Assembly (NCBI GenBank): GCA_964016885.1
Contig: OZ024740.1
Coordinates: 206,274,001 to 206,338,000 of the forward strand
Reading direction: 5' to 3'
Length of the DNA: 64,000 bases
Origin: Eledone cirrhosa
Lineage: Eukaryota
The notes beneath the pieces were generated by a model that saw nothing but the letters and a program-made list of their open reading frames with translations, was not told the origin of the DNA and ran no database searches. The translations under genes and the position numbers were made by a program. Position 1 is the first letter of the stretch. Every line of letters begins with the position of its first letter. Below are positions 47,615 through 59,614 of the stretch, in pieces.

Positions 47615-50600
47615 CCTAACTCATCCCATGGACTGAGTGCTCTACCACTACGGATATTACCTTCCAGTGTTCTACCACTATATATATATATATATGTACA
47701 CACACACCCACTTATATATATATATATATAAATACATATATCATCATCATCATATATATATATTACACAAAATATTAATTTTAACAATGAATATTTGACA
47801 ACACACGTGTATTTCCCATGTGAAATCTTATCAAGGATGGCACTATGATTTGTTAAAAACTATAATACATTATAAAGATGGTCCGTTAATAACATGCAAA
47901 TTTATTCATAGGATGTTGCTTTTTTTTTTGCTTTTTTGCTTTTTTTTTGGTTTGTTTTGTTCTTTTATGAGATTGCTGCAAGTTAAAAATGCAGCAGACA
48001 TACAGCAGAATTACAGTTGAAATACAGTAGAATTACAGTTGAAATACAGTAGAGTTACAGTATGGCTCATAAGTAGGGAGGTTGTGAGATGTTAAAAAGA
48101 GGCAAAAAGAAAAAAAAAGCAAATAGAGAAAACATATAAAATCTATTAAGAATAGTTGATTAGCAATATATGTACAATATGGACATTTGTAACAACTTAT
48201 AGGACACTTGCTATTTGGTTTATATCCCAGCACCACACTAACCAATACACAATTTTCCACATCATACGCCCTCTTAAAAAAGGATATTGTGTGCATTTAA
48301 CTAACAGCAGTCTGACCATTGTAACTTGCTTGTTGGCTCTATGCAACATCTTAAACCACCCACTCTTCACCACAAGCCTCTTAAATCACCCACACTTTGA
48401 GACAATCCTCTTAAACTACCCAATCTTTACCACAACCCTCTTAACCCTTTAGCATTCACATTACTCTATATATACTATTATATTTTCATGGTAAAGGCTT
48501 TACCTCGCATAATTATCTCACATAATATCAAATCTATGAGATTTTGAAAGTATTTATTTTGAGAACAATACCTTAACATCAGTTTGAGTGACCAGTTACA
48601 GCCAGTTTCAACAGAAAGAGGTAGAGAATTCTGGCCAGTTTGAACATTAAAGGGTTAAACCACCCACATTTTGAGATAACCCTCTTAAATCACCCACACT
48701 TTGAGACAACCCTTTTAAATCACCCACACTTTGAGACAACCCTTTTAACCCTTTAGCATTTAAACCGGCCATATCTGACCAGAATTCTCTCACCTCTTTC
48801 TGTTCAAACCAGCTGTAACTGGCCACCCATACTGATGTTAAGGTATTGTTCTCTAAATAAATAATATCAAAATCTCATTGATTCGATATTATGTGGGATA
48901 GTTATGTGAGATAAAGTGTTTACCTTGGAAATACAATAGTAAATATAGAGTAATGTAAATGCTAAAGGGTTAAGACACCCACTCTTTAACTCAACCCTTC
49001 TTCAATCACAACTTTAATTGTAACTCTCCAACTGGCCCCATGAAACTTTTAATACCATCTGCTCGTAAACTCACTCCCCATTACAAATCAAATATTAAAT
49101 TCTCTCTTTTAAATAAACTATATAAAAGAAAATAATTATTAATTCTGCTAGGATCAATTTTCACTTTTATCACTCAAAAGTCAATAAAATACCAGTTATA
49201 TATCAGGGTAAAATTTAATCAGCTATAACTTTCTTCAAGAAAGTTTTAGATTTGTGTCAATGTAAGAAATCTTTAGATTACAATTCACCTTTCAATAAAA
49301 TAGGAATAGGGAATGTCCTGGGTTTCATCTTTATCAACTATATCCTTTCTCTATAAATGTTTGGTCTTATGTTCATCACAAAAAATATGATTATTGTGTG
49401 CTGTCACTGCATCACCAAGCATAGCTTTGTGTGCCTTGGATATGTGCAGTGTTTAGTAGTGCTATTTTTTGTTATTCGTATATATTTGTAAGTCCTGGGG
49501 TTGAGGTTATGTATATGTCTGTGTTTTATCCTCCTCCTACTACTACCACCACCACCACCACCACCACTACTACTACTACTACTGTTTCAGAAACTATTGA
49601 ACAGCAGACTAGACATCTTACAGTATTTTGTCCCGCCACATTCTGAGTTCAACATTCCATTGGAATCAATTTCCATTTTATCAATAAACATAAGTACCAA
49701 TAATATATAGAAGTTGATTCAACTAACCATGTCCCTCTATCTGCTTACAAATCTGTGACCATTACAATTGTTATCATTGAAATCAACCTTATCATATAAC
49801 TGAGGAATGTGTCTTTACATCAGTGAGGTTTCCTCTAGACCAGCAATCAGTAACTCCGTTTTTGGCTCATGGCTCACATATATATCAAATTATATCTTAC
49901 ATATAAAACATGTGAATATGTCCAATATACACAATGGCTATATCAATGATCTTTTTGTAAGAAAATATTCAATCAATTTCTTTATGTAATGGTTTACTTT
50001 CGGTGTTTTAAATTTTACCCATGGCTCACATGTATATCCTAATAATAATTCATAAAAGTTCAATGCCCACCAAGAACACCTAAATGGCTCCATTTGTGGT
50101 CCATAGCCCAACCCCTGATCTAGATAATTTTTGGCAATTATCCTGACATTCATTCCTTTCAGATGGGATTTAGAAGCTGATAGCATTACAAAACGCAAGA
50201 CAATGTTTCTCTCTTTTCTCTCCGGCTATAATAAATAATATAGAATATCATTATAAATGATATAAACAAGCCATCTAAATTATATCAACTCACCATTTAA
50301 TGATATCAATGGGCCATTTAAATTATGATAACAATAAACCATTGAAATAATAATATCAGTGAATCATTAAAAGAGTTATATGGACAAACCCTTGAAGTAA
50401 TGATATTAGTGAATCATTAAGAGTTATAACAACACACCATTGAAATAATGATATCAGTGAATCATTAAGAGTTATAACAACACACCATTGAAATAATGAT
50501 ATCAGTGATTCATTAAAACAGTTATATGAACAAACCATTGAGGTAAATATATGAACAAACCATTGAAAAAATGATATCAATGAACCATTTAAATAACAAT

Positions 50601-51604
50601 ATTAACGAACCATGTAAATAATTCTAACTTTGGCACTAGGCCGGCAATTTGGTGGAAGGGTAAAGTCAGGTATATCGACCCCCACCCCCAGAAGGATGAA
50701 AGGCAAAGTTGACCTCAGCAGGATTTAAACTCAGAAAGGAAGGAACCAGACCAGGAGAAATACCACAAAGTATTTTATCTGACACTTTAACCCATTAGCA
50801 TTTAAGCCAGCCGTATCCAGCCAGAATTCTCTCATCTCTTTCTGTTCAAACCAGCCATAACTGGCCGCTTATACCAATGTTAAGGTATTGTTCTTAAAAT
50901 AAATAACATCATCATCAAAATCTTGTACATTCAATATTATGTGAGATAAAGCCTTTACCACAAAAATACAATAGTTATGTAAATGCTAAAGGGTTAAAGA
51001 TTCTGCCAAATGACATCAACAGATCATTTACAAAATGATATCAACAAACCATTTAAATAACAATATCAATGAACCATTTAAATAATGATATCAACGAACC
51101 AATTAAATGAGACATAGAAACCATTTAAATAATGATATCAACGAACCATTTAAATACTAATGACATTAAGACACTATTAAAATAATTATTTACATGAAAA
51201 CCACAGCCACACAACTTTTGTAGAGATTCCATTGTTAAGGCCAGGGCCAAGAAGAAAACATAAGGAAATGGTAGAGAATGAACACTTCCTCCATGGTATC
51301 GACTACCATCAACTTATTGGCTAATAATTAGAGCTATTTTTTAAAAATAAAATAATTATTTCTTTCTGTATATTTTTTTCTTAATAATTGTTTCTACTAT
51401 ATGCACAAGGCCAGCAATTTTGGGGGAGGGGAAAATCAATCAAATCGACCCCAGTGCATTACTGGTGCTTTATTTTATCAACCCTGTAAGGATGAAAGAC
51501 AAAGTTAACCTCGGCAGGATTTGAACTCAGAATGTAAAGGGCCATAACTCTATGCTGTGAAGCATGTTGTCTGACACTCTACTGATTCTGCCAATCAATA
51601 ATGT

Positions 51605-51930
51605 GTCCCTGATGGCAGATGTAAACTTAGGATAATTTGGGACTTTACTATCAAAACAGACCGCAAGTTTGAACACAACAGATCTGATATTGTAGTTATG
51701 TTAAAAAAATGGGTGTGAATGACAGATTATCGATTTTACCATCCCAGGAAACTAAAACATAACCTTGAAAGAAATTGATTAAATAACAAAATATGCTGAC
51801 TTGAAGATCAAAACTGTTCAACCATCTAACAAAGATAATTCCTGTTGCCAGATGAGCTTTAAGCTCAACACCTCTGAAACTGAGAGGCTATCTTGAGCAA
51901 ATAGGTTTCTTACACAATTCTGCCCTGACA
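51605..51930 (+). mobile_element. Degenerate R4/Dong-type non-LTR fragment (restriction-like endonuclease domain)
   Basis: IIWDFTIKTDRKFEHNRSDIVV...IIDFTIPG...KEID.ITKYADLK matches the WDFxIxTD-NRPDIV-IDxAxP-KExEKxxKYxDL pattern; contains stops. Confidence 0.65.
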
Positions 51931-52215
51931 GATATCCAACAACTTATATATGTATAGCCAAAATCGGTTCTGTGTGAGCAAGACATGGTCATCTGACCTC
52001 AATTTGCCTCAAATAGGACAACCCATCTAACCCATGCTAGCGTGGAAAATGGACATTAAATGGTGATGATGATACACACACACACACATTTATATATATA
52101 TATATATATATAAATGTGTGTATCCCGGGTTCAATCAGGGGTAACCACAGTAAGTAAGGTACTCAATACATAGCAGAGTATAAATATTTAATATAGAAAT
52201 GGCTTCTACAGGACA

Positions 52216-52265
52216 GCTTTCCTGGTGATTTCCTTCGAATGAAACAGTTCTAGTCCTGTAGAAGC
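52216..52265 (+). ncRNA. Degenerate hammerhead-like motif inside a 31-bp inverted repeat (probable Penelope pseudo-LTR remnant)
   Basis: GCTTTC-CTGGTGA-T-TTC cttc GAA-T-GAAA-CAG ttctagtc CTG-TA|GAAGC; core A6 replaced by G. Confidence 0.45.
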
Positions 52266-52383
52266 CATTTCTATATTAAATATATATATATATATAGAGA
52301 GAGAGAGAGGTGGATGAGGGCAATTGCAGCATGGAAGAGTCATTTTAGCAATTTCAAAACACACAGAAACTAACTACTTTATA

Positions 52384-52460
52384 TAGGGTGCAGCAGAAAA
52401 ACCTCCCATCTTTTAGACGTTCAACCCTTAAAATGTCGGAAGTATTTTTGCTGCACCCTG
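52384..52460. mobile_element. 77-bp Tc1/mariner-type micro-MITE
   Basis: TA|TAGGGTGCAGCAGAAAAAC ... GTATTTTTGCTGCACCCTG|TA. Confidence 0.7.
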
Positions 52461-54234
52461 TATTTATCCTTTATTGATGGGTGTCAAAATGATAAATATA
52501 AAGTAACACTACATTTTCTCTTCCACACTTAATTTGATTTAGTTTTAACCCAGATCAAGTCACTTTACAACATATACATATACATATATATGTGTGTGTG
52601 TGTTGGAAAGTCACTTTATCTGGGTCCGAGTTGAAACTAAAGCAAATTAAGTGGGGTTAGGGTATTCGGCTTACAATTGTAAGGTTATGCGTTTGATTCC
52701 TTGAGCAAGACACTTTATTTCACGTTGCCCCAGTTCACTCAGCTGGCAAAAGTGGGTTGTATCTGTAGCTCGAATGGCCAGCCTTGTCACATTCTGTGTC
52801 ACATTAAGGGTCACGTGTCTGCGGAATGCTCAGCCACTTTCACATTCATTTCATGAGCAGGCTGCTTCGTTGATTGGATCAACTGGAATACTGATTGTAG
52901 TAACCGACGGAGTGCCTCAGTTATATATATATATATATATATATATGCATGTATGTATGTATGACTCAAATGGAACAAACCTGTCTAACCCATGCTAGTG
53001 TGGAAGATAGACGTTAAATGATGATGATGATGATATACATGGACAAATATATATAAACAAACACACACACATATATTCACTAACACGTGTATGTATATAT
53101 AGGATGATACACACACATAAATGTGTGAGAAATAGAGCCCGGTTAAAATCTAGCAAATACCACTAATAAGCTGTTGACCACCTAGAAGCTATTGTAAAAA
53201 ATACTTGCTGAAGGGGCTGCACACAGCTATGTCTACACTACTTCATGAATATTTTCTCCTCTCTCTTATCCCGTAACTCCTGAGGGAGTCGTAAGGGTGC
53301 CATATTGAAATGCGGCGTTTCTAGGGTATTTTTAAAACCTGGCGGAACCCATCTCCTCTCAGATCTGAATACAGCAAATTTCTTCTAGAGAAGGATAGAA
53401 AGTAAGAGAATGGAAAGGGGGGGGGAGATATATAGAGGAGAATCGACTCCAGTACTAGACTAGTACTTTTTTTATTGACCTCAAATGGATGAAAGGCAAA
53501 GTTGACTTCAGCAGGATTTGAACTGAGAGAGTAGAGAGCTGGAACAAATATCATAAAGTATTCTATCAGACGTTCAAATGACTGCCTATTCGCCATCTTT
53601 CTCAAACCTAGAAAGTTGAAATTGACCCCAACAGTATTTGAACTCAGAACAATGGCTTAAAGAGATGTAGCTAAATAACCACACAATTAATTTGTCTGTT
53701 GCTCCACTAATTCAAGCAATTCTCTGCTCTTCTATTTTCAATAATAATAGTAACAATGGCTTTCTGTTCAAATTTAAAAGAACAACAACTAAAAAGCAGA
53801 AAGAAAAATATAAGTGAAAGAAGAAAAGAAAGAAATGTCAGCACAAGTATAGTTAAATGAACTAATTTTCCCCCAATATATAACTGGTATTTATTTTATT
53901 AATGCTTGGTATCAGAGACAAACTCAACGACAGGCTTTAAACTCAGAATTTTAGGTTTAAACATTCAAAACTAAAATGTGTTTTTTTTAATTATGAAACT
54001 AAAACAGATTTCAATGAAATAATATATTTTTTTTAAATTCTTATGGATTGGTTTTAAATAAAATTAAACAAAACATAATTAAAAGAATCTAAAATAAATT
54101 AATGAGAAAACAAATATAAAACATTATAAATATGAATTTAAATTTAAATTTATTAAGATTTTTTTCGATGTAAAAATTAGAATGAAAAAAAGACAAACAC
54201 AAAAAAAAAGTTTCAAAGATGTAAATAGGGCAGA

Positions 54235-54960
54235 AGAGGTGGGTGGTAGGAAGAGGAGGGATGTAGAGGTGGGTGGTAGGAAGAGGAGGGATGTAGAGGT
54301 GGGTGGTAGGAAGAGGAGGGATGTAGAGGTGGGTGGTAGGAAGAGGAGGGATGTAGAGGTGGGTGGTAGGAACAGGAGGGATGTAGAGGTGGGTGGTAGG
54401 GAGAGGAGGGATGTAGAGGTGGGTGGTAGGGAGAGGAGGGATGTAGAGGTGGGTGGTAGGGAGAGGAGGGATGTAGAGGTGGGTGGTAGGGAGAGGAGGG
54501 ATGTAGGTGGGTGGTAGGGAGAGGAGGGATGTAGAGGTGGTGGGTGGTAGGGAGAGGAGGGATATAGAGGTGGTGGGTGGTAGGAAGAGGAGGGATATAG
54601 AGGTGGTGGTAGGAGAGGAGGGATATAGAGGGGGTTGTGGGTGGTAGAGAGAGGAGGGATATAGAGGGGGTAGTAGGGAGAGGAGGGATATAGAGGGGGT
54701 GGGTGGTAGGTGGTAGGGAGAGGAGGGATATACAGGGGGTGGGTGGTAGGAAGAGGAGGGATATAGAGGTGGTGGGTGGTTAGGGAGAGGAGGGATATAG
54801 AGGGGGTGGTAGGGAGAGGAGGGATATAGAGGGGGTGGTAGGGAGAGGAGGGATATAGAGGTGGTGGGTGGTTAGGAAGAGGAGGGATATAGAGGTGGTG
54901 GGTGGTTAGGGAGAGGAGGGGGTGGTAGGGAGAGGAGGGATATAGAGGTGGTGGGTGGTA
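54235..54960. repeat. G-rich ~30-bp minisatellite
   Basis: GAGGTGGGTGGTAGGGAGAGGAGGGATGTA repeated more than 20 times, diverging toward the 3' end. Confidence 0.92.
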
Positions 54961-55209
54961 AGGATATCTAGTATAATGGTGGTGGGGAAGTGTCTATTGG
55001 AATAGTGGTGGTGGGGAGAGGAGGTGTCTCTTGAAATAGAGGTGGTGGTGGCAGGGAGAGGAGGTATTTTACATTTTTTAATGAATTCAAAGAGATTTTT
55101 AAAGTTATTTAAAAAAAAAAAAAATTTGTATGTTTTAAAGTTTTCTTTTTCAAGTATTTGATAATTTGGAGAATTGTGTGAGTGTTTCTGCATACATTGT
55201 CTCGTGTAT

Positions 55210-55542
55210 ATCACACACGCATATACCTACATACATACACACACACAGAGACATATACCTACATACATACACACACAGACATATACCTACATACCTACAT
55301 ACATAAGTACATACATACACACAGATATATACTTACATACATACATACATACATACACACACAAATATACCTACATACATACACACAGATATATACTTAC
55401 ATACATACATACATACACACATACATACACACATATATACCTACATACATAAGTACGTACGTACATACATACATATACACACACACATATATATACACAC
55501 ATATATATACACACACATATATATATATATATACACACACAT
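55210..55542. repeat. (CA/TA)n compound microsatellite
   Basis: Directly visible. Confidence 0.9.
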
Positions 55543-57114
55543 ACGTTATAAAACAATGATATAATCAGCATTGTAATAAATCTCATACATTTTTGAGAGC
55601 CATTTAGTTGTCATTTAACAGCAGCCAATGTCTAAGAGTAACAACAATAATGATACACAATATCAGAAATGCTGTTGGGTTTTATAAGTGCCAGACAATA
55701 CCAGATACCTTTCCTTCGTTATCTTTTACTGTATGTTCCGCAGAGCTTTACTTGCTGGCACCAGTCATAGTACTGCGCTTCACACTGGATCATACTGATC
55801 AAATTAAGAGGAATATTCTAATACCAAGTGTGATGAACCATCTACATACTGTCCATGTTAGTGCCATGTTTATATAATATTGTCTGAACAGATAGTGGAT
55901 GTCACCATAAGTGCGGCAACATAGAACTGGAGGGAAGTAGTAAATGTGGACTTTGAAAAGGAACATTGCCCATAGCTTTTTTTTAGCTCCAAGTAGACTT
56001 GGGAATTAAAGATAACTGGATAAGATTTGCTTAGCTTGATTTATTACAGGTTAGTAGTTGAAAGAAAAAAAGTTGCTAGGGAGATTAGTGAAGGATCAGA
56101 TATAGTGTTTAATATGGGAACTGGGCCAGAGACACACTAGAGGGTGAGTGAGGCAAGAGGAGAAGAAGGAACTATAAAAAAAAAAACAGAAAAATAACCT
56201 TGCTAAATAATGTTCACCTTTAAAATTCATATTTTTAACACAAGTTTGAAATAAATTAAAACAGACGAAAGTTATAGATGAAAAAATGACAACTGACTAA
56301 GGTGCAAGAAAGCATTAAGAATTGGGTCTATAATCTGAAGACATCCCTAATTAAATGCTTTGTAATAGTGATGTCTAGAAAAATCCACTAAGTGTGAATA
56401 TGTCCATCTTCTATAGATTATCACTTTAAATTAGGGCTGTGTCCCTTTTTAGATTGGCACATTAATCAATGGCTGTGTCCCTTCCTTTGTGGTTAATTAC
56501 TGACAATCCATATATACACAGCAATGGTTGTGTATCCCATATATACACACCAATGGTTGTGTATCCCATCCAGAAAGAATCAGTGAGTATCTTTAGATTG
56601 ACATGCTAATCAATGACTGTGTCCCTTTCTGTGTGGATAATCAGTTAATCTCTAATAATGACAGTCTCTCTCTCTTCCAGAGGATAATTAGTGACCAATT
56701 AATGACTAATTATAGATTAACACCTCTAGCAATGACTGTCGCTGTCCACATTCATAAGAAAAAGGTTTTTCTCTGGATTTTTTTTAATTTTTTTTTTGCA
56801 TGTTTACAATATTGTATTTAAACAATCAACATTTTCAACCAAGAATAAATTTAAAAAACTGTACAGGTGAGATGGGTTGCACATGTATTTGACCATTATT
56901 AGCATCGTGTGAGAAAAGATGCAGGTAACATTGGAAAACATAATACAAACAAGCCAAAAAAAAAAATTTAGATTTGGGCAAGGATAATCAAAAAGAGAGA
57001 AAAATGAAGTGGATAGAAAATTCTGGAAATTGAAGCTATAAGAAGGAAAAAGAAAGATTGAGGACCATAGCTTCATGTGATAGATGTTTTCATAAAGTGT
57101 TTGATCATTGATCT

Positions 57115-57255
57115 TTAACATGTAGAGAGATCCTGCATTCCTTCAGCTAGGGTCTGTTCAGAACTGTCAACAACATTACGCATAAAATAAGCTTGCTGAA
57201 GCTCTGGGGGCAGCTTACAGGTACCATCCCAATAGGCTTGGTGATATGTGTGAGA
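57115..57255 (-). CDS. Pinocchio-like protein, last coding exon
   Basis: tttcAG|TCT; SHTYHQAYWDGTCKLPPELQQAYFMRNVVDSSEQTLAEGMQDLSTC*; SH....A.W.G.C resembles insect Pino. Confidence 0.8.
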   Translation of the reverse strand, partial: SHTYHQAYWDGTCKLPPELQQAYFMRNVVDSSEQTLAEGMQDLSTC

Positions 57256-58183
57256 CTGAAATGATAAAATATTGACTTTATTAACAGCAGCAGTTGATAG
57301 AAATAGAGAATATGTATGTATGAAGATGACAGTAAGCACCCAGGCCACATTGTAAATGTGGTTGGCATTAGGAAGGCCATCCACCCGTAGAAACCAAGCC
57401 AAAAAGATTCATAACAAATATTTACTCATTATGAAATATTTGTTACTATTCGTTCACTATCAGATATCCAAACTTGTCTCAATAATTAGAATATGTTAAA
57501 CCTTTTGGCCGTACAAATGACAAAATAAAATAACAGAAGTTGTTATCTATCCAGTTTGATATCAATGGATCTTATTCAAATATCATCATCATTTTATACC
57601 AGCTTTCCTGAATGAAGAAGTGCCAGGAATTCCCAGTGGAAGGAAGTTGCAGTAGAGGAAGACCAAGGAAGACCTGGGTGGAAGTGGTGAGAGCAGATCT
57701 CAAAATGCTGAACTTTACAATGCAGTAGGTAGAGGAAAGCTGTGTTGGAAAAGACCAAGCAAGCATGGAAAAACAGCTATAAAAAGATGGATTGTCACAA
57801 TTCAAATTAGTCCTTATCTGGTGTTACTGCCCACTCATATGTACAATTTTTAGCATGTTTCCTACAGATCAGATGGATGCCCTTCCTAACACCAACCACT
57901 TTACAGAATGTCCTGGGGTGCATTTTATCATAACACCAACACCAGAGAATATCTATGATCAATCTTCCAAGTCAATTATAAACAAAAACTAACACAAATG
58001 AGATATCACATGCCAATTATGATGCAGATAGTATTAATTGCCTTTTACAAGGAATTACAGAAACTCTCATGAAGTTTTGAACATATGACCGTGTAGGAGA
58101 CTGAAACAAACTAGCCAACCATTCATTTCGCAAATCAAAGATTTACAAAGAAATCCAACATGTGGACACAACATTTGACTTAC

Positions 58184-58313
58184 GGATCTAATATTTCGAG
58201 TCCAAATCTGGTTGCATTGGCCTTGGCAAATTGGGCAGGGTCGACGGAGTGAGTAGCCACCACATTCACAGCAGTCATCAGAATAGGAATTATTAAACCA
58301 GCATTCTCTGCAC
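58184..58313 (-). CDS. Pinocchio-like protein, Cys-rich core exon
   Basis: tttcAG|G...TCC|GTAAGT; LCRECWFNNSYSDDCCECGGYSLRRPCPICQGQCNQIWTRNIRS resembles Drosophila Pino as recalled (CFTCGVSW.....[22 protein letters not shown]...WKRD); absent from the ORF track. Confidence 0.85.
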
Positions 58314-58658
58314 CTGAAATAATAATGGAGAATACTGAAGTGTTAGAGAGAAGGAGGGTAACAGGGGTTGATGTGGTGTTACAGAAAAAGTGGGCTAAAT
58401 GGAATTACATAAGGGTTTGGCAGAATATAGAGTTTAAAGTTGATTATTTCTGAATCATGAGTCAAGGGTGGTGAATTGTGTTGTCATGGTTGGTGGGCCT
58501 TTGTTCATAGCTTTGATTAACAGGGATGACATTAGACTGAACACCAACAATAACAACAACATCATAAACAACAACACCACCACCAACAATACCAACACAA
58601 TTACAACCAACAATGCCAACAATAACAACAACATCATAAACAACAACAAACTACTTAC

Positions 58659-58815
58659 AAATGACAGGTTGCAATTTTTCGTTGGTAGTCATCTGATTTC
58701 ATCATTTCTTCGACTTCATCTTTTGTAAAGTTTTTTCCTTGTTTGTCTTCATCAGTATTTGTGTTTGGGATGGAATAATAGACAGTGTTGTTTCTGGGAC
58801 CTTCAAGGAGCTCAT
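58659..58815 (-). CDS. Pinocchio-like protein, exon 2
   Basis: ccttcAG|AT...TT|GTAAGT; ELLEGPRNNTVYYSIPNTNTDEDKQGKNFTKDEVEEMMKSDDYQRKIATCH; phases 1/2 join correctly. Confidence 0.8.
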
Positions 58816-58958
58816 CTGAAGGAAATATGTAACTTTACTTGAAACACACACACAACTCATAACCCTGGCTACCCGAGAAGTTTCATATTTTAACATGTAT
58901 GGATAAAACAATATTAATAAACCTGACTAATCAACTCAATCTTTATCTCCAATCTCAC

Positions 58959-59052
58959 CTACCAGTGCCACACCTGGATACTGGATGAGGACTGGGAGCA
59001 AAACATCACCATCAGTGAGGTGAGATGTCACCAGTAACAAAACCAGAAAGGA
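58959..59052 (-). other. Candidate alternative or poison cassette exon of the Pinocchio-like gene
   Basis: TACTAAC branch point, pyrimidine tract and ctAG acceptor; donors G|GTGAGA (58959) or G|GTAGGT (58963). Confidence 0.45.
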
Positions 59053-59139
59053 CTAGATTAGAAACAAAACAGCAGGCAGTTGGTTAGTATTGCACCTGCC
59101 GACTGTTTGATGTGACACCTGGTTACTGTTATACCTGTC

Positions 59140-59552
59140 AACTGGTTGGTATCGCATCTGTCAAGTGGTTGGTGTCACGCCTGGTTGGTATCACACCTAT
59201 CAATTGGTTGGTGTCACATCTGTCAACTGGTTGGTGTCACACATGTCAACTGGTAGGTGTCACACATCAACTGGTTGGTGTTACACCTGTCAACTGGTTG
59301 GTGTCTTACATGTCAACTGGTTGGTGTCACACATGTCAACTGGTTGGTGTCACACATGTCAACTGGTTGGCGTTACACCTGTCAACTGGTTGGTGTCTTA
59401 CATGTCAACTGGTTGGTGTCACACATGTCAACTGGTTGGTGTCACACATGTCAACTGGTTGGCGTTACACCTGTCAACTAGTTGGTGTCATACATGTCAA
59501 CTGGTTGGTGTCACACATGTCAACTTGTTGGTGTCACACCTGTCAACTGGTT
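59140..59552. repeat. 23-bp minisatellite TGTCAACTGGTTGGTGTCACACA, about 18 copies
   Basis: Period 23 (59288, 59311, 59334). Confidence 0.92.
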
Positions 59553-59595
59553 AAGTCATAGCTGAATAATAAGTAAAATGGTTTGTTCATCTCAC

Positions 59596-59614
59596 GAGAA
59601 TGTGAAATAACCAT
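59596..59614 (-). CDS. Pinocchio-like protein, putative first coding segment (MVISHS)
   Basis: ATG at 59614-59612 follows an in-frame TGA; donor C|GTGAGA, phase 1, matches the 58815 acceptor; gives a 447-nt CDS (148 aa). Confidence 0.55.

Noticed and set aside
54182-54517. 111-aa RRDVEVGG repeat ORF
   Set aside because: Translation of a 30-bp minisatellite; no splice or homology support.
55608-55930. Possible additional exon (ORF 55608..55877)
   Set aside because: No convincing splice sites or homology; more likely 3' UTR or intergenic sequence.
59112-59561. Cys/His/Trp-rich ORFs resembling zinc fingers
   Set aside because: They arise in all frames from the 23-bp repeat.
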